From: a virus
Taxonomy: Duplodnaviria; Caudoviricetes
IMG/VR virus record: IMGVR_UViG_3300037464_000033
Coordinates: 1 to 46,059 of that record
Length of the DNA stretch: 46,059 bases
Reading direction: 5' to 3' (one strand)
Below, piece after piece: positions 27,228 through 37,044 of this stretch. The notes beneath the pieces were generated by a model that was not told the DNA's origin, did no database searches, and saw only the letters and a list, made by a program, of their open reading frames with translations. Numbering within the stretch: the stretch's first letter is position 1; every line of letters starts with the position of its first letter. The position numbers and the translations under genes were made by a program.

Positions 27228-29867
27228 ATGACAGTAAACGCCACATCCAGACCGAACAAATTAATCATTGCCGAACTAGAATTTCCCGGCTTTGTTCGCT
27301 ATGTTTGTGACGAAAATGAGCTTGATACCAGTGGTTGCATTTTGGCAACCGGGACGATCGAGATTGACAACCATCACGCCAACCCGCAATCGCTCAACGA
27401 TCGAATTAACCGCTGGTGGTGTTGGGGCAAAAAAATAGAAGTTCAAATTTTATGCAGTGACGGCGTTTATCGGCTGCACCCGCGCGGTGTTATGTACCTC
27501 ATTCGATCGTTCTACAACCTTGAGGGGCGACTGACGCTGCAAGTTGGCTGCCTCTTGTCGCTGCTTAAAAACCGCTCGATCGATGACTTCAGGGAAGACA
27601 ACAAAATTCCCAAAGAAACCGCGTCTACTGTTCAGGAACCGCAGGACGGGTACACAGAAGAGACAGCGCTGATTGTAATTTCCTACTCGTCCCCCGGTGT
27701 CGCGTTCTCATCGTCATCAAGCAGTTCATCACCGTCGCCATCCCCCACGCCAACACCAGCGCCAACAGGTGATTTGACTTTGCCCCCAATTTTTCGAGAT
27801 TTCCAAAAATCAAAATTCTACAGCATCCAATCAATTGTCACTTTTTTGCTCGGACGCGCTGGAGTTACTACAATTCGCGGCAGTGTTGGAGGAAAGATTC
27901 GGGGCCCGATCAGCTTCAGCGGTTCGTTAATACAGCAGGCAGGTGAGTTGTGCTTCAAAGCTTCCCCGCCAAGCTACATCTGGGCTGATAAGGATACCGT
28001 CCGGATTACGCCAATTAACATCACCAACAACCCCACAGCCCTAGTTGTAGTTATCGGCAAAGATGAGGTGGAATATGCGCCACTAGATAGCGGGCTAGAT
28101 GCCATTAAAGAATTGGTTGTAACTGGGACTATTGACAAAAAGAACACTGAAAAACCAGAAGGCTCAACAGAAACGGTTAACGCTGACGGCAGTAAGGAAA
28201 AAGTATCAGTCACCCAAGATTTTGGCCCTGAGACAATAATCAATTTTAACGGTAATCCCAGTACCGAAATACTACTTTCAACTACTACCACGACTGAGCG
28301 AATCCAAGCAAATCAAAAGATTGTGACAACAGTTCGAGTAGAACGGCGCGGGTTGGTCGTGCCAAATGCTAAAACAAATCGCAGTAGTTTTGTTGAAAGT
28401 TTTCGCAGCACTTTTACGCAATATTTTAGCCAAACTCCAGCAAATAACGGTAGACTAGATTATGAAGAAGAAGAAATAAAAGAGCCAGTATGTAAAGTTC
28501 TGGCAGGATTTTTTCAGACTTATTCGGATGTAAATATTACAATGCCTTCTGGGTTCGAGAGCATTGGAAATCAGACGTTTCCTGCTGACAGTTGGTTATT
28601 AAACACTACCCAAATTCTTAGCAGCAAAACTAAAACAACTTATGGTTACGACACAAAAGGAGTTCAAAATAGTAAAAATTCTGTCACCCAAGAATATGTA
28701 TCAAAAATCTTGACAAATTACTGGCCCTTTGTTGGGGTACTGGCACCAAGTAAAAAAACAACTGAAACATGGGGACGCTGGGGTGCAAATGAAAAACACG
28801 AAGTGACAGCTAGAACAACTTACCAAGAACGTGAGTCAGCAGGGATAGAAGAAGTTGACGAAAACTTATGGAAAGCTAAAGCAGCAGCAGGTACAACCGA
28901 GAAAACTAGCATTCCTACTTATACCCGAACGGGAGATGTCGAAGGTTCAAGTACAATTACTTATTCTGCACGAGATATAAATACTTTTCAACTTAAACAT
29001 GAAGCGCGAATGACCTTGATGACCGAAAAAGATGGTCACAAACTTGAAATTAGCCGCGCTGGACTTGCTAACGCGCCTGCTACGGAGTATCTTCCAAGTT
29101 ACTCAGCAGCAGGAACTGACGGGGAAGCAATTGATGATTGGGAAGACGAACAGACAAAAGTCAAAAAACACTGGAATTTTGATTTTAGTTGTTCTGGGCA
29201 AATCCCGCCCAAAGAAATTGCTGATATCGGCAAAGTTCCAAGCCAGCAAATTCTGTCACAGATTGCCGATATTCTTTATTTTTACAGGCAGGGAAAAAGT
29301 AAGGCTTATGAATTAACGATCGAGATTGGCGACTGGTGGATGTCTGGGCTGTACCGACCTGTGATCGCGGTGCAAATTGTGGAACCAGACAACAATGCCC
29401 TAACCTACCTGCTGACAGGTCTCAATTTTTCCTGCGAACTGGACGCCAATTTAATCCTTGGGGACTTGTGGTGGATAGGTGGCACAGCGAGTTCATTGAT
29501 TAGCAGTGCGCTGGGGAATTGGCTGGAAACTGGTGTTAGGATTGTTGACGAAGGGGTAACTTTTCAGATTGGCGATCGAGTTGAGGTGGGTGCGATCGGT
29601 GGAACTATCCCCGGTATTGCACCAAGTCGCTACTGGATTACAGCGGTGCAGACTGTTGGAGGTGTCCAGCAAATTCAATTATCCACAACTCAAAACGGTG
29701 TTGCCGTTGCTGTTACAGGCACAATTGTTGGGCAACCTAGAATTACAGCAGTAGTGGCTAAAGAACCAGTTTTGGCATTCGCTCAACTCAAAAAATGGCT
29801 GGAGATTACACCTACAGACTGGTTACAAACGAGCTTAAATGATTGGTTATTGTTAGAAGTTAATTAA
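27228..29867 (+). CDS. Tail tip / baseplate hub protein (Tal-like)
   Basis: 879 aa after Dit; beta/Thr-rich; Ser/Pro/Thr linker. Confidence 0.65.
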   Translation: MTVNATSRPNKLIIAELEFPGFVRYVCDENELDTSGCILATGTIEIDNHHANPQSLNDRINRWWCWGKKIEVQILCSDGVYRLHPRGVMYLIRSFYNLEGRLTLQVGCLLSLLKNRSIDDFREDNKIPKETASTVQEPQDGYTEETALIVISYSSPGVAFSSSSSSSSPSPSPTPTPAPTGDLTLPPIFRDFQKSKFYSIQSIVTFLLGRAGVTTIRGSVGGKIRGPISFSGSLIQQAGELCFKASPPSYIWADKDTVRITPINITNNPTALVVVIGKDEVEYAPLDSGLDAIKELVVTGTIDKKNTEKPEGSTETVNADGSKEKVSVTQDFGPETIINFNGNPSTEILLSTTTTTERIQANQKIVTTVRVERRGLVVPNAKTNRSSFVESFRSTFTQYFSQTPANNGRLDYEEEEIKEPVCKVLAGFFQTYSDVNITMPSGFESIGNQTFPADSWLLNTTQILSSKTKTTYGYDTKGVQNSKNSVTQEYVSKILTNYWPFVGVLAPSKKTTETWGRWGANEKHEVTARTTYQERESAGIEEVDENLWKAKAAAGTTEKTSIPTYTRTGDVEGSSTITYSARDINTFQLKHEARMTLMTEKDGHKLEISRAGLANAPATEYLPSYSAAGTDGEAIDDWEDEQTKVKKHWNFDFSCSGQIPPKEIADIGKVPSQQILSQIADILYFYRQGKSKAYELTIEIGDWWMSGLYRPVIAVQIVEPDNNALTYLLTGLNFSCELDANLILGDLWWIGGTASSLISSALGNWLETGVRIVDEGVTFQIGDRVEVGAIGGTIPGIAPSRYWITAVQTVGGVQQIQLSTTQNGVAVAVTGTIVGQPRITAVVAKEPVLAFAQLKKWLEITPTDWLQTSLNDWLLLEVN

Positions 29868-29874
29868 AATATTT

Positions 29875-30171
29875 ATGACACCCCACCGCTTAAAAGTTCG
29901 GGCCGCGATGCGACGCTACGGACAATCGCAATCGCCCAATCAAATTCAAAATACTTTGGTGCAAACCGGGACTTCATCAGCCGATCGACTGACACCCGCT
30001 GCCGAAATTGGCAAGTTCCAACAATTTGACGCCGAAGCGGGGCGCTACGTGTTTGCCAGCACCACCCAATCCGTACAAGTGGCGCCTTCTCAGATTCTTT
30101 CAAACGGTAGGCTTGGAGTAGGGCAAAAGGTTCTCTTAGCTCAAGGAATGGCCGACTTTATACCCGCGTAA
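29875..30171 (+). CDS. Small tail-tip protein, homologous to the N-terminus of the next gene
   Basis: FDAEAGRY...LSNGRLGVGQKV vs FNAEAGAF...LSNGNVRNGQKV. Confidence 0.65.
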   Translation: MTPHRLKVRAAMRRYGQSQSPNQIQNTLVQTGTSSADRLTPAAEIGKFQQFDAEAGRYVFASTTQSVQVAPSQILSNGRLGVGQKVLLAQGMADFIPA

Positions 30172-30174
30172 GCT

Positions 30175-32937
30175 ATGCCAGCCCCAGACATTAACAACAT
30201 CAACGGCAACCCGGCGATCGAGACAGACGAGCCTCTGTCAATTCAAGAAGCAAACGAGTGGGCGATTGAGGTACGAGGACAAGCCGATCCGCGCAAAGCT
30301 GCGATCGAGCGATTGAAGTGCGCGGCTGCACAACGACGGGAGCGGAAACCCGCAAACCCTTTGAATGCGCTGAAACCTGACCCTAGCTACAAGGTCGGAA
30401 CGTTTAACGCTGAAGCGGGCGCGTTTAACATTGAGAGCAATGATGGCAAGAAATTGCTAGGTCAAAGCTTAAGTAACGGAAATGTGAGAAATGGGCAGAA
30501 GGTGCGATCGTTCTTCACCCCTAATGGGCGAGTTGTTATCGACGTTAAACCAAAGGGACGGGATATTATAATTCCTAAACCTGAGCCAAAAGTTTCCGTA
30601 GAAGAACCAGATATCTGGGCCGTTACAAGCTGTTTTTTATACTCTAAACTCAAGGGAGTACAAGAAGATTTTACTGATAATATAGCAACTGACTTGACTT
30701 CTTACGATGCTTGGCAAAGTGTATTTGTCACAGGAACATCCGAACGAGTAATTTTATTTACTCAGACATCTACCTTAATGGGCGATTATAAAACCGCCGC
30801 AGATGCGCTAAGCAACAATCTAAAAGAAGATAGAAAATTAAAGCCAGGAAATACTGGCGCAGGTTCTGGCGGTGCTGCAGACGACGCTGCGTGGGGTTCG
30901 GGTTCTCCTGACGCAAGAATTATTTGGTATTACATTGGCGATCCAGAAGATATTTTACAAAATGGCAAAATATTTAAAGTAACCGGCCCACCTTTACACC
31001 CAAGTGCAGGAAATATAACAAACTCGGGGCCGGGATTTGTGATGCAAGTTTACAGTAGTGGTATTGCTTCAGCTATTTTCCCCAGCGAGACAATGGGGAC
31101 TGGGCCATTAACCAAAAAACTCAAAGAATCTTTCCCTAATTTGGGTGGACAAATTGGTTATGCTGGTCGGATAGAAAAGTGGAGGGGTCAACAAGACTAT
31201 GCAAGTTCTGGCACTGTTTTTTATTTTCGCAACCTACCATCTGCAACTACTACACCACAAACCCCTGTTAGTTTTCCGCCTGGATACATACAAGGAAGTA
31301 CAAATCCTTGGTTAGCTACAGGCACAAACTGGTTTCAATTTGGTTGGCCAGATCCTCAATACATTGGCTGTGCTTCATCATCCTGGGTTAATGCAGAAAA
31401 TAGTGCATTTACTGGAGTTTGTGGGGAGTCTATTCCTAACGATAAATGGTATTGGGGAGGAGATGCAACGCCTAATTACGGCAGAATAGACAAAGATAAT
31501 CCCGGTGGATATATTGGTACTTCAGGAATTTTTGTTTGTTGGAAAGGACACAAAGACAATGCAGGGTTAGCAATGTCTTTTTTTGAGGCTTTTAAAGATT
31601 ATTGGGGAATAACAGGAACGGTTACAGTTCTCGGTTCTGTAAACCCTTTCGGATGTGGAATAGGCGACGACCCAGGCGGTGGTGGCGGTTATCCACCCCC
31701 CCCACCAGGTTTACGCAGATTTCTTGTCAAGCAATTAGGAAGAAAAGCGGAAATATGGCTTAAGGTTTGCGAAAAAGATTACCCACCTATTGAGCTAAAG
31801 CTACCGTTTGAGTTTGCGGCTCTTATTGAAAAATTTGTTATTCAAGGAGCGCCAAGCGTTAATACATTTCCAAATAATCAGCAAAGTGTTTTTTTAACCC
31901 TTGCGAGTAATTTTGGAATAGGGTACGCTTTGTCTTTAGAGTGTCCTCATGCAACAATGTCAACAGATGGTGAATTTATATATATTGATATTTTGTATGG
32001 GGCAGAAAGAATTTGGGAAGAGCCATTAAGCAAACCTATTCCTTGTAAATTATCTAATTTAGGCACTGGTGATTTTACTGGAATTACTTGGTACAGGCAG
32101 CCGGGCCATAAAGAAAATGGCAGCACTTATATTATTGGGCAATACAAATCACCTGGTACAGTTGAAATTGCTCCCAGATACAAAGCGGATTATTTTACCT
32201 ATTGCCAAAGCTATAAAATAGCTTTACCAACCTCTCCAACAGATAGAGTTTTAACAATAGTTGGAAGCCAAAGATATAGAAGAGGTGAAACAATACAATT
32301 AACAGCACCATCTCCTGATAATGAATTCAATAATAAATTTTTGATTATTGATTTTCGGACAGATAAATTAGAAGGTCTTAAAGTACCTTTTGATACGAAT
32401 ACCTTTGCAAGCTGGCAAGCCCCTAATTCAGAGTATGCAAGTTTTGGTGGATTGCCAGCATTACTTCAAATCAAGTTTCCGGGCCACTCTATTCCCTCTC
32501 TAGCATATTTTAATGCGATAGAAAAATTTTACAAACCTCAGTCAGTTTGGACGGATATGGATTGGATTCATTTTGAATTACAAGAAGCTCCTGAGACTTT
32601 TTACCCATTAAATACAGTCTTACCAGTAGGAGTATTTATCGCTCCAAATACCAGCAGCAGTTATCATCATGTACGATTTATATTAGATGGTAAATTTGGA
32701 AGAGGAAGCAGAGCCGCATCTATAGATAGACCTTCTACTTTTGGATACCAAAATAAAGCAGCACCTACTTATTTTAGTTTTTCTGCAACTGGTGGGGGTT
32801 ATTTGTTATATACCAGCTTTAAAGAACAATTGATTGGTAGCGGTATAAAAAATGACCAAGGATTAGTTACAAAGTGGAATAGGATGTCCACTTATAGTTT
32901 TCCAATTTTTGGACAATTAAGTAGGAATGGTTTTTAA
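30175..32937 (+). CDS. Large tail-tip / receptor-binding protein
   Basis: 920 aa; Gly/aromatic-rich; DDPGGGGGYPPPPPG linker; end of the tail module. Confidence 0.6.
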   Translation: MPAPDINNINGNPAIETDEPLSIQEANEWAIEVRGQADPRKAAIERLKCAAAQRRERKPANPLNALKPDPSYKVGTFNAEAGAFNIESNDGKKLLGQSLSNGNVRNGQKVRSFFTPNGRVVIDVKPKGRDIIIPKPEPKVSVEEPDIWAVTSCFLYSKLKGVQEDFTDNIATDLTSYDAWQSVFVTGTSERVILFTQTSTLMGDYKTAADALSNNLKEDRKLKPGNTGAGSGGAADDAAWGSGSPDARIIWYYIGDPEDILQNGKIFKVTGPPLHPSAGNITNSGPGFVMQVYSSGIASAIFPSETMGTGPLTKKLKESFPNLGGQIGYAGRIEKWRGQQDYASSGTVFYFRNLPSATTTPQTPVSFPPGYIQGSTNPWLATGTNWFQFGWPDPQYIGCASSSWVNAENSAFTGVCGESIPNDKWYWGGDATPNYGRIDKDNPGGYIGTSGIFVCWKGHKDNAGLAMSFFEAFKDYWGITGTVTVLGSVNPFGCGIGDDPGGGGGYPPPPPGLRRFLVKQLGRKAEIWLKVCEKDYPPIELKLPFEFAALIEKFVIQGAPSVNTFPNNQQSVFLTLASNFGIGYALSLECPHATMSTDGEFIYIDILYGAERIWEEPLSKPIPCKLSNLGTGDFTGITWYRQPGHKENGSTYIIGQYKSPGTVEIAPRYKADYFTYCQSYKIALPTSPTDRVLTIVGSQRYRRGETIQLTAPSPDNEFNNKFLIIDFRTDKLEGLKVPFDTNTFASWQAPNSEYASFGGLPALLQIKFPGHSIPSLAYFNAIEKFYKPQSVWTDMDWIHFELQEAPETFYPLNTVLPVGVFIAPNTSSSYHHVRFILDGKFGRGSRAASIDRPSTFGYQNKAAPTYFSFSATGGGYLLYTSFKEQLIGSGIKNDQGLVTKWNRMSTYSFPIFGQLSRNGF

Positions 32938-33587
32938 TGTTATACAATGCTGAAACTAATATATGTCGTGCTATGGGAAATTTTTCAACCGTAGCACAAA
33001 TATCTTTTACGTCAAATAGCTATGGCGCTGGTTATGTGTCAGATAGTTATGATCCGATTGGTGCGATACCAAGTCAATGTGCCGCTCTTTTGATTTCTAA
33101 TTACAACTTTACTTTGTTTGTCGAAAGCTGGGATATTACTAGAGAGTCTGGGCGTCCGGTATTTCAGAACAAAAAAGTATATCCAGCAAAAGTGACGGGA
33201 CTAAATATACCTTATCCTAAAAACCAAACTTTTCAATGGAAAGAAGGATTGATAGATAATAGCTTTAATCAAATAGGAAGCTATAACAGTTACTTTAGAC
33301 CAGGATTTGGGCAAACTATTTTGTCAGACCTACAACGTCCATTTGTCTCAACATCTGTTGTTGGAAATAATTTGGGATTGGGTGCTGCCGGGAATTTTGG
33401 AAATTTAGGATTTGCGGGCCCGTTTGGACGCGTCATGTCTATGGCTTTTTGGGTAGATCCTGATCTGGCCAAACAATATGACGACAGCAAAAGCAAAAAG
33501 AAGAAAGTTCCTTTAAACAAACAAGATATAGAGCAAAATCCAGTTTTCCCAGACTACACTCCATATCAAAACAATAGTGGTTATTAA
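32937..33587 (+). CDS. Hypothetical (tail-associated) protein
   Basis: Coupled by TAATG to the previous gene. Confidence 0.6.
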   Translation: MLYNAETNICRAMGNFSTVAQISFTSNSYGAGYVSDSYDPIGAIPSQCAALLISNYNFTLFVESWDITRESGRPVFQNKKVYPAKVTGLNIPYPKNQTFQWKEGLIDNSFNQIGSYNSYFRPGFGQTILSDLQRPFVSTSVVGNNLGLGAAGNFGNLGFAGPFGRVMSMAFWVDPDLAKQYDDSKSKKKKVPLNKQDIEQNPVFPDYTPYQNNSGY

Positions 33588-34405
33588 GCTTGAGTTATTA
33601 CAATAGGGTTGATTTCTTCGATCGACCGCTCTGGATTAAATCGCACCTTAAGCCTATGAGTTTTGTCCATACCCCGTCGCTTCAACGCTGCTTCAATAGC
33701 AGCATTAGCCAGCAACACAATCTGCAATGGATTTTTTTGATGGATCATATCAGAATGATTTCTGTAAAAATACAGAAAATCAAGAATATGACTAATGCGA
33801 GTAATTTCAGAAATACGGAGGCACAGATCCCAATCCTCCATTAGATCGAACATCAAATCAATTCCCCCAGCCCGCTCGTAGACAGACCGACGCATCAACC
33901 TAAAATGGAATGTCATAAAAACGCTAAGTAATTTTTCGACTGAATAGTCGTAACTACAACGCCAGCCGGGTCTTAGCTGTTTTCCATTTTCGTCTACGTC
34001 GATGTAATTACTGTAGACCATACCGCAACCAGCATCATCATCAAACACCGCTACCATGCGCTCGATCGCCCGCATATCAATCCAGTCGTCAGAATCAACT
34101 TGTCCGACATATTCACCCCGCGCTAATTCATATCCCGCCTTAAGTGCATAAGCTGCGCCTCTTTCTGTTTCTTCTGTCCTGTCCACTTCCAAGGTCAGCA
34201 CCCGCACTCGATTGTCCTCCGCTGCAAACTGCTGGGCAATTTCTAGAGAACCATCTGTCGAGCCATCATCTACAATAATCAGTTCAAAGTCGGTAAAAGT
34301 TTGGTCTAAAACGCTGCGAACGGCAAAGCCCAAATAACGCTCGCGGTTGTAAACGGGAATTATAATTGAAACTTTGGGGACAATTAATTCGGGTGAAGTT
34401 TTCAT
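33584..34405 (-). CDS. Family 2 glycosyltransferase (GT-A fold)
   Basis: VSIIIPVYN, IIVDDGSTD, VDSDD (DxD), EDWDLCLR. Confidence 0.93.
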   Translation of the reverse strand: MKTSPELIVPKVSIIIPVYNRERYLGFAVRSVLDQTFTDFELIIVDDGSTDGSLEIAQQFAAEDNRVRVLTLEVDRTEETERGAAYALKAGYELARGEYVGQVDSDDWIDMRAIERMVAVFDDDAGCGMVYSNYIDVDENGKQLRPGWRCSYDYSVEKLLSVFMTFHFRLMRRSVYERAGGIDLMFDLMEDWDLCLRISEITRISHILDFLYFYRNHSDMIHQKNPLQIVLLANAAIEAALKRRGMDKTHRLKVRFNPERSIEEINPIVITQA

Positions 34406-34521
34406 ATTTTAATTTGTAATATTTTCTAGACACAACGTACAACCCACCTCGTTTCTTTAGATTTGAGGTTGCAGTTCACTAATGGTTCTGCGCCATCATA
34501 AGCAACGTCATCTCAAAATAG

Positions 34522-34683
34522 CTATTTTTTCTTTTTCTTTTTCTTTTCCAACTCTGCCAATTCTTCCGGGCTTAAAACTATTTCCTCAGCCTCAGATCGA
34601 GTTTTTGTTTGTTTGGTTTGTCCGGTTGGCAAAGAATCGTCTAATGATGTTGATTGATTTTTTTCAGTTTCATAGTTAGACAT
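34522..34683 (-). CDS. Unlisted 53-aa peptide ending LSPEELAELE-KKKKKKK
   Basis: Hand translation MSNYETEKNQSTSLDDSLPTGQTKQTKTRSEAEEIVLSPEELAELEKKKKKKK; AAGGG SD-like upstream; co-oriented just upstream of GT2. Confidence 0.5.
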   Translation of the reverse strand: MSNYETEKNQSTSLDDSLPTGQTKQTKTRSEAEEIVLSPEELAELEKKKKKKK

Positions 34684-34838
34684 TTGAGTACCCTTTAATA
34701 GAATTAGAATTTAAGACCCAGCCAAGAGCCAACAGAGCGTTTAACTGTCTAGGGTCTTTTTATCTCTTGCTGGTCTATTATAATTGTAAATGTATTTTGC
34801 CCAACAGTCGCGTCAAGCGCTCGCTGTCATCTACCCGT

Positions 34839-35654
34839 GTGAAACGCATATTTTTAGTTGGGGCGCCCCGAAGCGGAACTACTATATTCCAAAGCTTGCT
34901 GGCAGCGCATCCAGAAATCACGTCATTTCCCGAAACCAAATTTTTCCACTACTTGTGGGAAGATCGACTTTCTCGCAAGTTGCCTGATCGCCTGTACAAA
35001 TTTTTCCACGAGGAAATCCACCGTCCCGACCTGTACGATGAGGTAGAAATTTATCGGCAGTCCACCACCGAACAGATCAGTTGGTTTGTCCGAGTGTTAG
35101 ATAAGCTGGCGATTGAGCAAGGTAATGACACCTGGCTGGAGAAGACTCCCGAGCACGTTTACTTTATTGCGGACATTGTGTACTATTTGCCCGAGGCAAA
35201 GTTTATCCATATGATCCGGCATCCACTCGACGTAGTGGCATCCATGCGGAAAGCTACGCAAGATCCGATGAATGCTCTCTGGGGTGGGGAGTGGAGTTTG
35301 GATTTTTGCATTAGTCGGTGGAACAGTTCAGCTTTGGTTAGTTGTGGGTATTTAGGAAATCCCCAACACCTGATTGTCAAGTATGAAGATTTGTTAACGG
35401 ATAAAATTGAAGTATTGGCGCGGTGTTGTCACTTTATTGGTATTTCCTTTAATTTTTCGATGGTTGAAAATTACCGAGCAGAAGCTATTAGGTTGGGCCT
35501 TAAATTGCCTTGGCATAAAGGTATTGAACGGCCGATTGAGCCTGCGGTAACTCCAAAATACAAAAACTTTTTCAGCAAAAAAGAAATTGAATATGTTTTG
35601 AAAAATACGCTTCAGCTAAGACAAAGGTTTGGATACAAGTGCGACGGATGTTAA
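34839..35654 (+). CDS. PAPS-dependent sulfotransferase
   Basis: GAPRSGTT (5'-PSB), EKTP, RHPLDVVAS (3'-PB), YEDL; GTG start at 34839 likely. Confidence 0.93.
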   Translation: MKRIFLVGAPRSGTTIFQSLLAAHPEITSFPETKFFHYLWEDRLSRKLPDRLYKFFHEEIHRPDLYDEVEIYRQSTTEQISWFVRVLDKLAIEQGNDTWLEKTPEHVYFIADIVYYLPEAKFIHMIRHPLDVVASMRKATQDPMNALWGGEWSLDFCISRWNSSALVSCGYLGNPQHLIVKYEDLLTDKIEVLARCCHFIGISFNFSMVENYRAEAIRLGLKLPWHKGIERPIEPAVTPKYKNFFSKKEIEYVLKNTLQLRQRFGYKCDGC

Positions 35655-35762
35655 GTTTTCACACTACTATGGAACAAGGCTGGCGGGGAAAAATTGTCAG
35701 GCTTAACACGTCGTCGCCATGCTGAGTGGGCATTGTTTTTAAGTCAGGACTGGAAGACTTAT

Positions 35763-36227
35763 TTATTTTAGAGTTAAGTCAGTTGGGATGTCTTCTGGCT
35801 CTGGCAAGTCTGAAGGATTTGATTTAGTGTATCCTGACCCTTGAAAATTTGTTATAGTTAAAAGTATAAGAGCCAGTGAAGTAATTGCCGTTGAATATTT
35901 TTCAGGAATTGTTTTTTCAGCCCAAACAAGCAAATTATATTGAATCACTAAAGCTAATTTCATTGTAGCCAATCCCAATAACATAGTATTGACTAAAGAA
36001 CCTTTGTTAGATATATCTGCGTCTAGTCTTGACTTGCTTTTTAAACCTGCGGCTGTAACAGAACTAAGAGTAAAAGATATAATCATGGTGGTCAAATCCG
36101 ACGGGATTGGTTTGGTTGTTGAACTTAATCCAATGTAACTACATCCCAAAATCATTGCCGAACTTCCTACGCAGATAATTACATAATCAGCCAACAGAGA
36201 AGCCTTAACTTTTATAGATATTGTCAT
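35763..36227 (-). CDS. Multi-pass membrane protein (holin- or exclusion-like)
   Basis: About four hydrophobic segments; internal repeat K.IP....T.I.S..L; AT-rich. Confidence 0.6.
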   Translation of the reverse strand: MTISIKVKASLLADYVIICVGSSAMILGCSYIGLSSTTKPIPSDLTTMIISFTLSSVTAAGLKSKSRLDADISNKGSLVNTMLLGLATMKLALVIQYNLLVWAEKTIPEKYSTAITSLALILLTITNFQGSGYTKSNPSDLPEPEDIPTDLTLK

Positions 36228-36647
36228 TTAACCTCCTTGGTAAAAATCTTTTTCATTAATGTTTTGCTGTCTTTTTTTTACCCAGTCTACTCGCTGTCGC
36301 ATTTCTTCTATTATATTGTCAATATTAGGATCTCTGTCTTTAGCTGGGATTAAATTACTAATATTTAATTCTGCTAGCCAATAATTAATTAGAGTCATTT
36401 GTTGTTCCAAGGTATTTATTCTTTCAGTGTTCAATATCATAAGTTGAAGATTTCTTGAATTTGCGGTTGCTGCTGTAGTTTTATTTGGATTAAGTTCTAA
36501 AATTATTTCTATCAACTTATCTTTTTCTCTTTTTTCTTTTGTTAAAAGCTCACTATTCTTTTTGTGAGCTTTTATCGTCAGATAAATTCTTACTACTTCT
36601 ATTAAAACTATTATTAACAAAATCAAATCTGCATATTTGTTAAACAT
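36228..36647 (-). CDS. Membrane-anchored coiled-coil protein
   Basis: N-terminal LILLIIVLIEVV then coiled coil; AT-rich; abuts the previous gene. Confidence 0.65.
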   Translation of the reverse strand: MFNKYADLILLIIVLIEVVRIYLTIKAHKKNSELLTKEKREKDKLIEIILELNPNKTTAATANSRNLQLMILNTERINTLEQQMTLINYWLAELNISNLIPAKDRDPNIDNIIEEMRQRVDWVKKRQQNINEKDFYQGG

Positions 36648-36804
36648 ATTGTTTAAGACAAGGCTTTAAACCCCGATTTTAATAATTACAACGATGCGCC
36701 AGTATCATTGTTAAATGGTATTTATATTAAATACGTTTGAATTTGATTGTTTTTAGCTGATTTGAAGTAGTTGCTAAAACTTTTACGTATCAAGCGTTGT
36801 AGTT

Positions 36805-37044
36805 TTAACAACAAACAATGGTACGGCTCACGAAAATGCAGGCATCGTCTTGCCTTGCCTTTTCCAATTTTACCCTTAGATAGCCAATATGAGCAGGTTT
36901 GATCGCGGGCAAGTCTGCCAGCCACTTTGCTACTTCCGGCAGTAGCAAAGTGGTGCAAGTGACCAGTAGTTGATCGCCCTCAACCTTCAATAACCCTGAA
37001 CCATGTTTATTTCAGGCAAGGACTACCGCTGTGCTGATAGCCAT
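36805..37044 (-). pseudogene. Small gene coupled to the MTase stop, interrupted by an in-frame TGA
   Basis: TGATG overlap at 37044; MAISTAVVLA*NKHGSGLLKVEGDQLL... in frame with ORF 36805..36990. Confidence 0.4.

Noticed and set aside
34482-34679. Plus-strand 65-aa ORF
   Set aside because: Phe-rich antisense shadow of the minus-strand poly-Lys peptide ORF.
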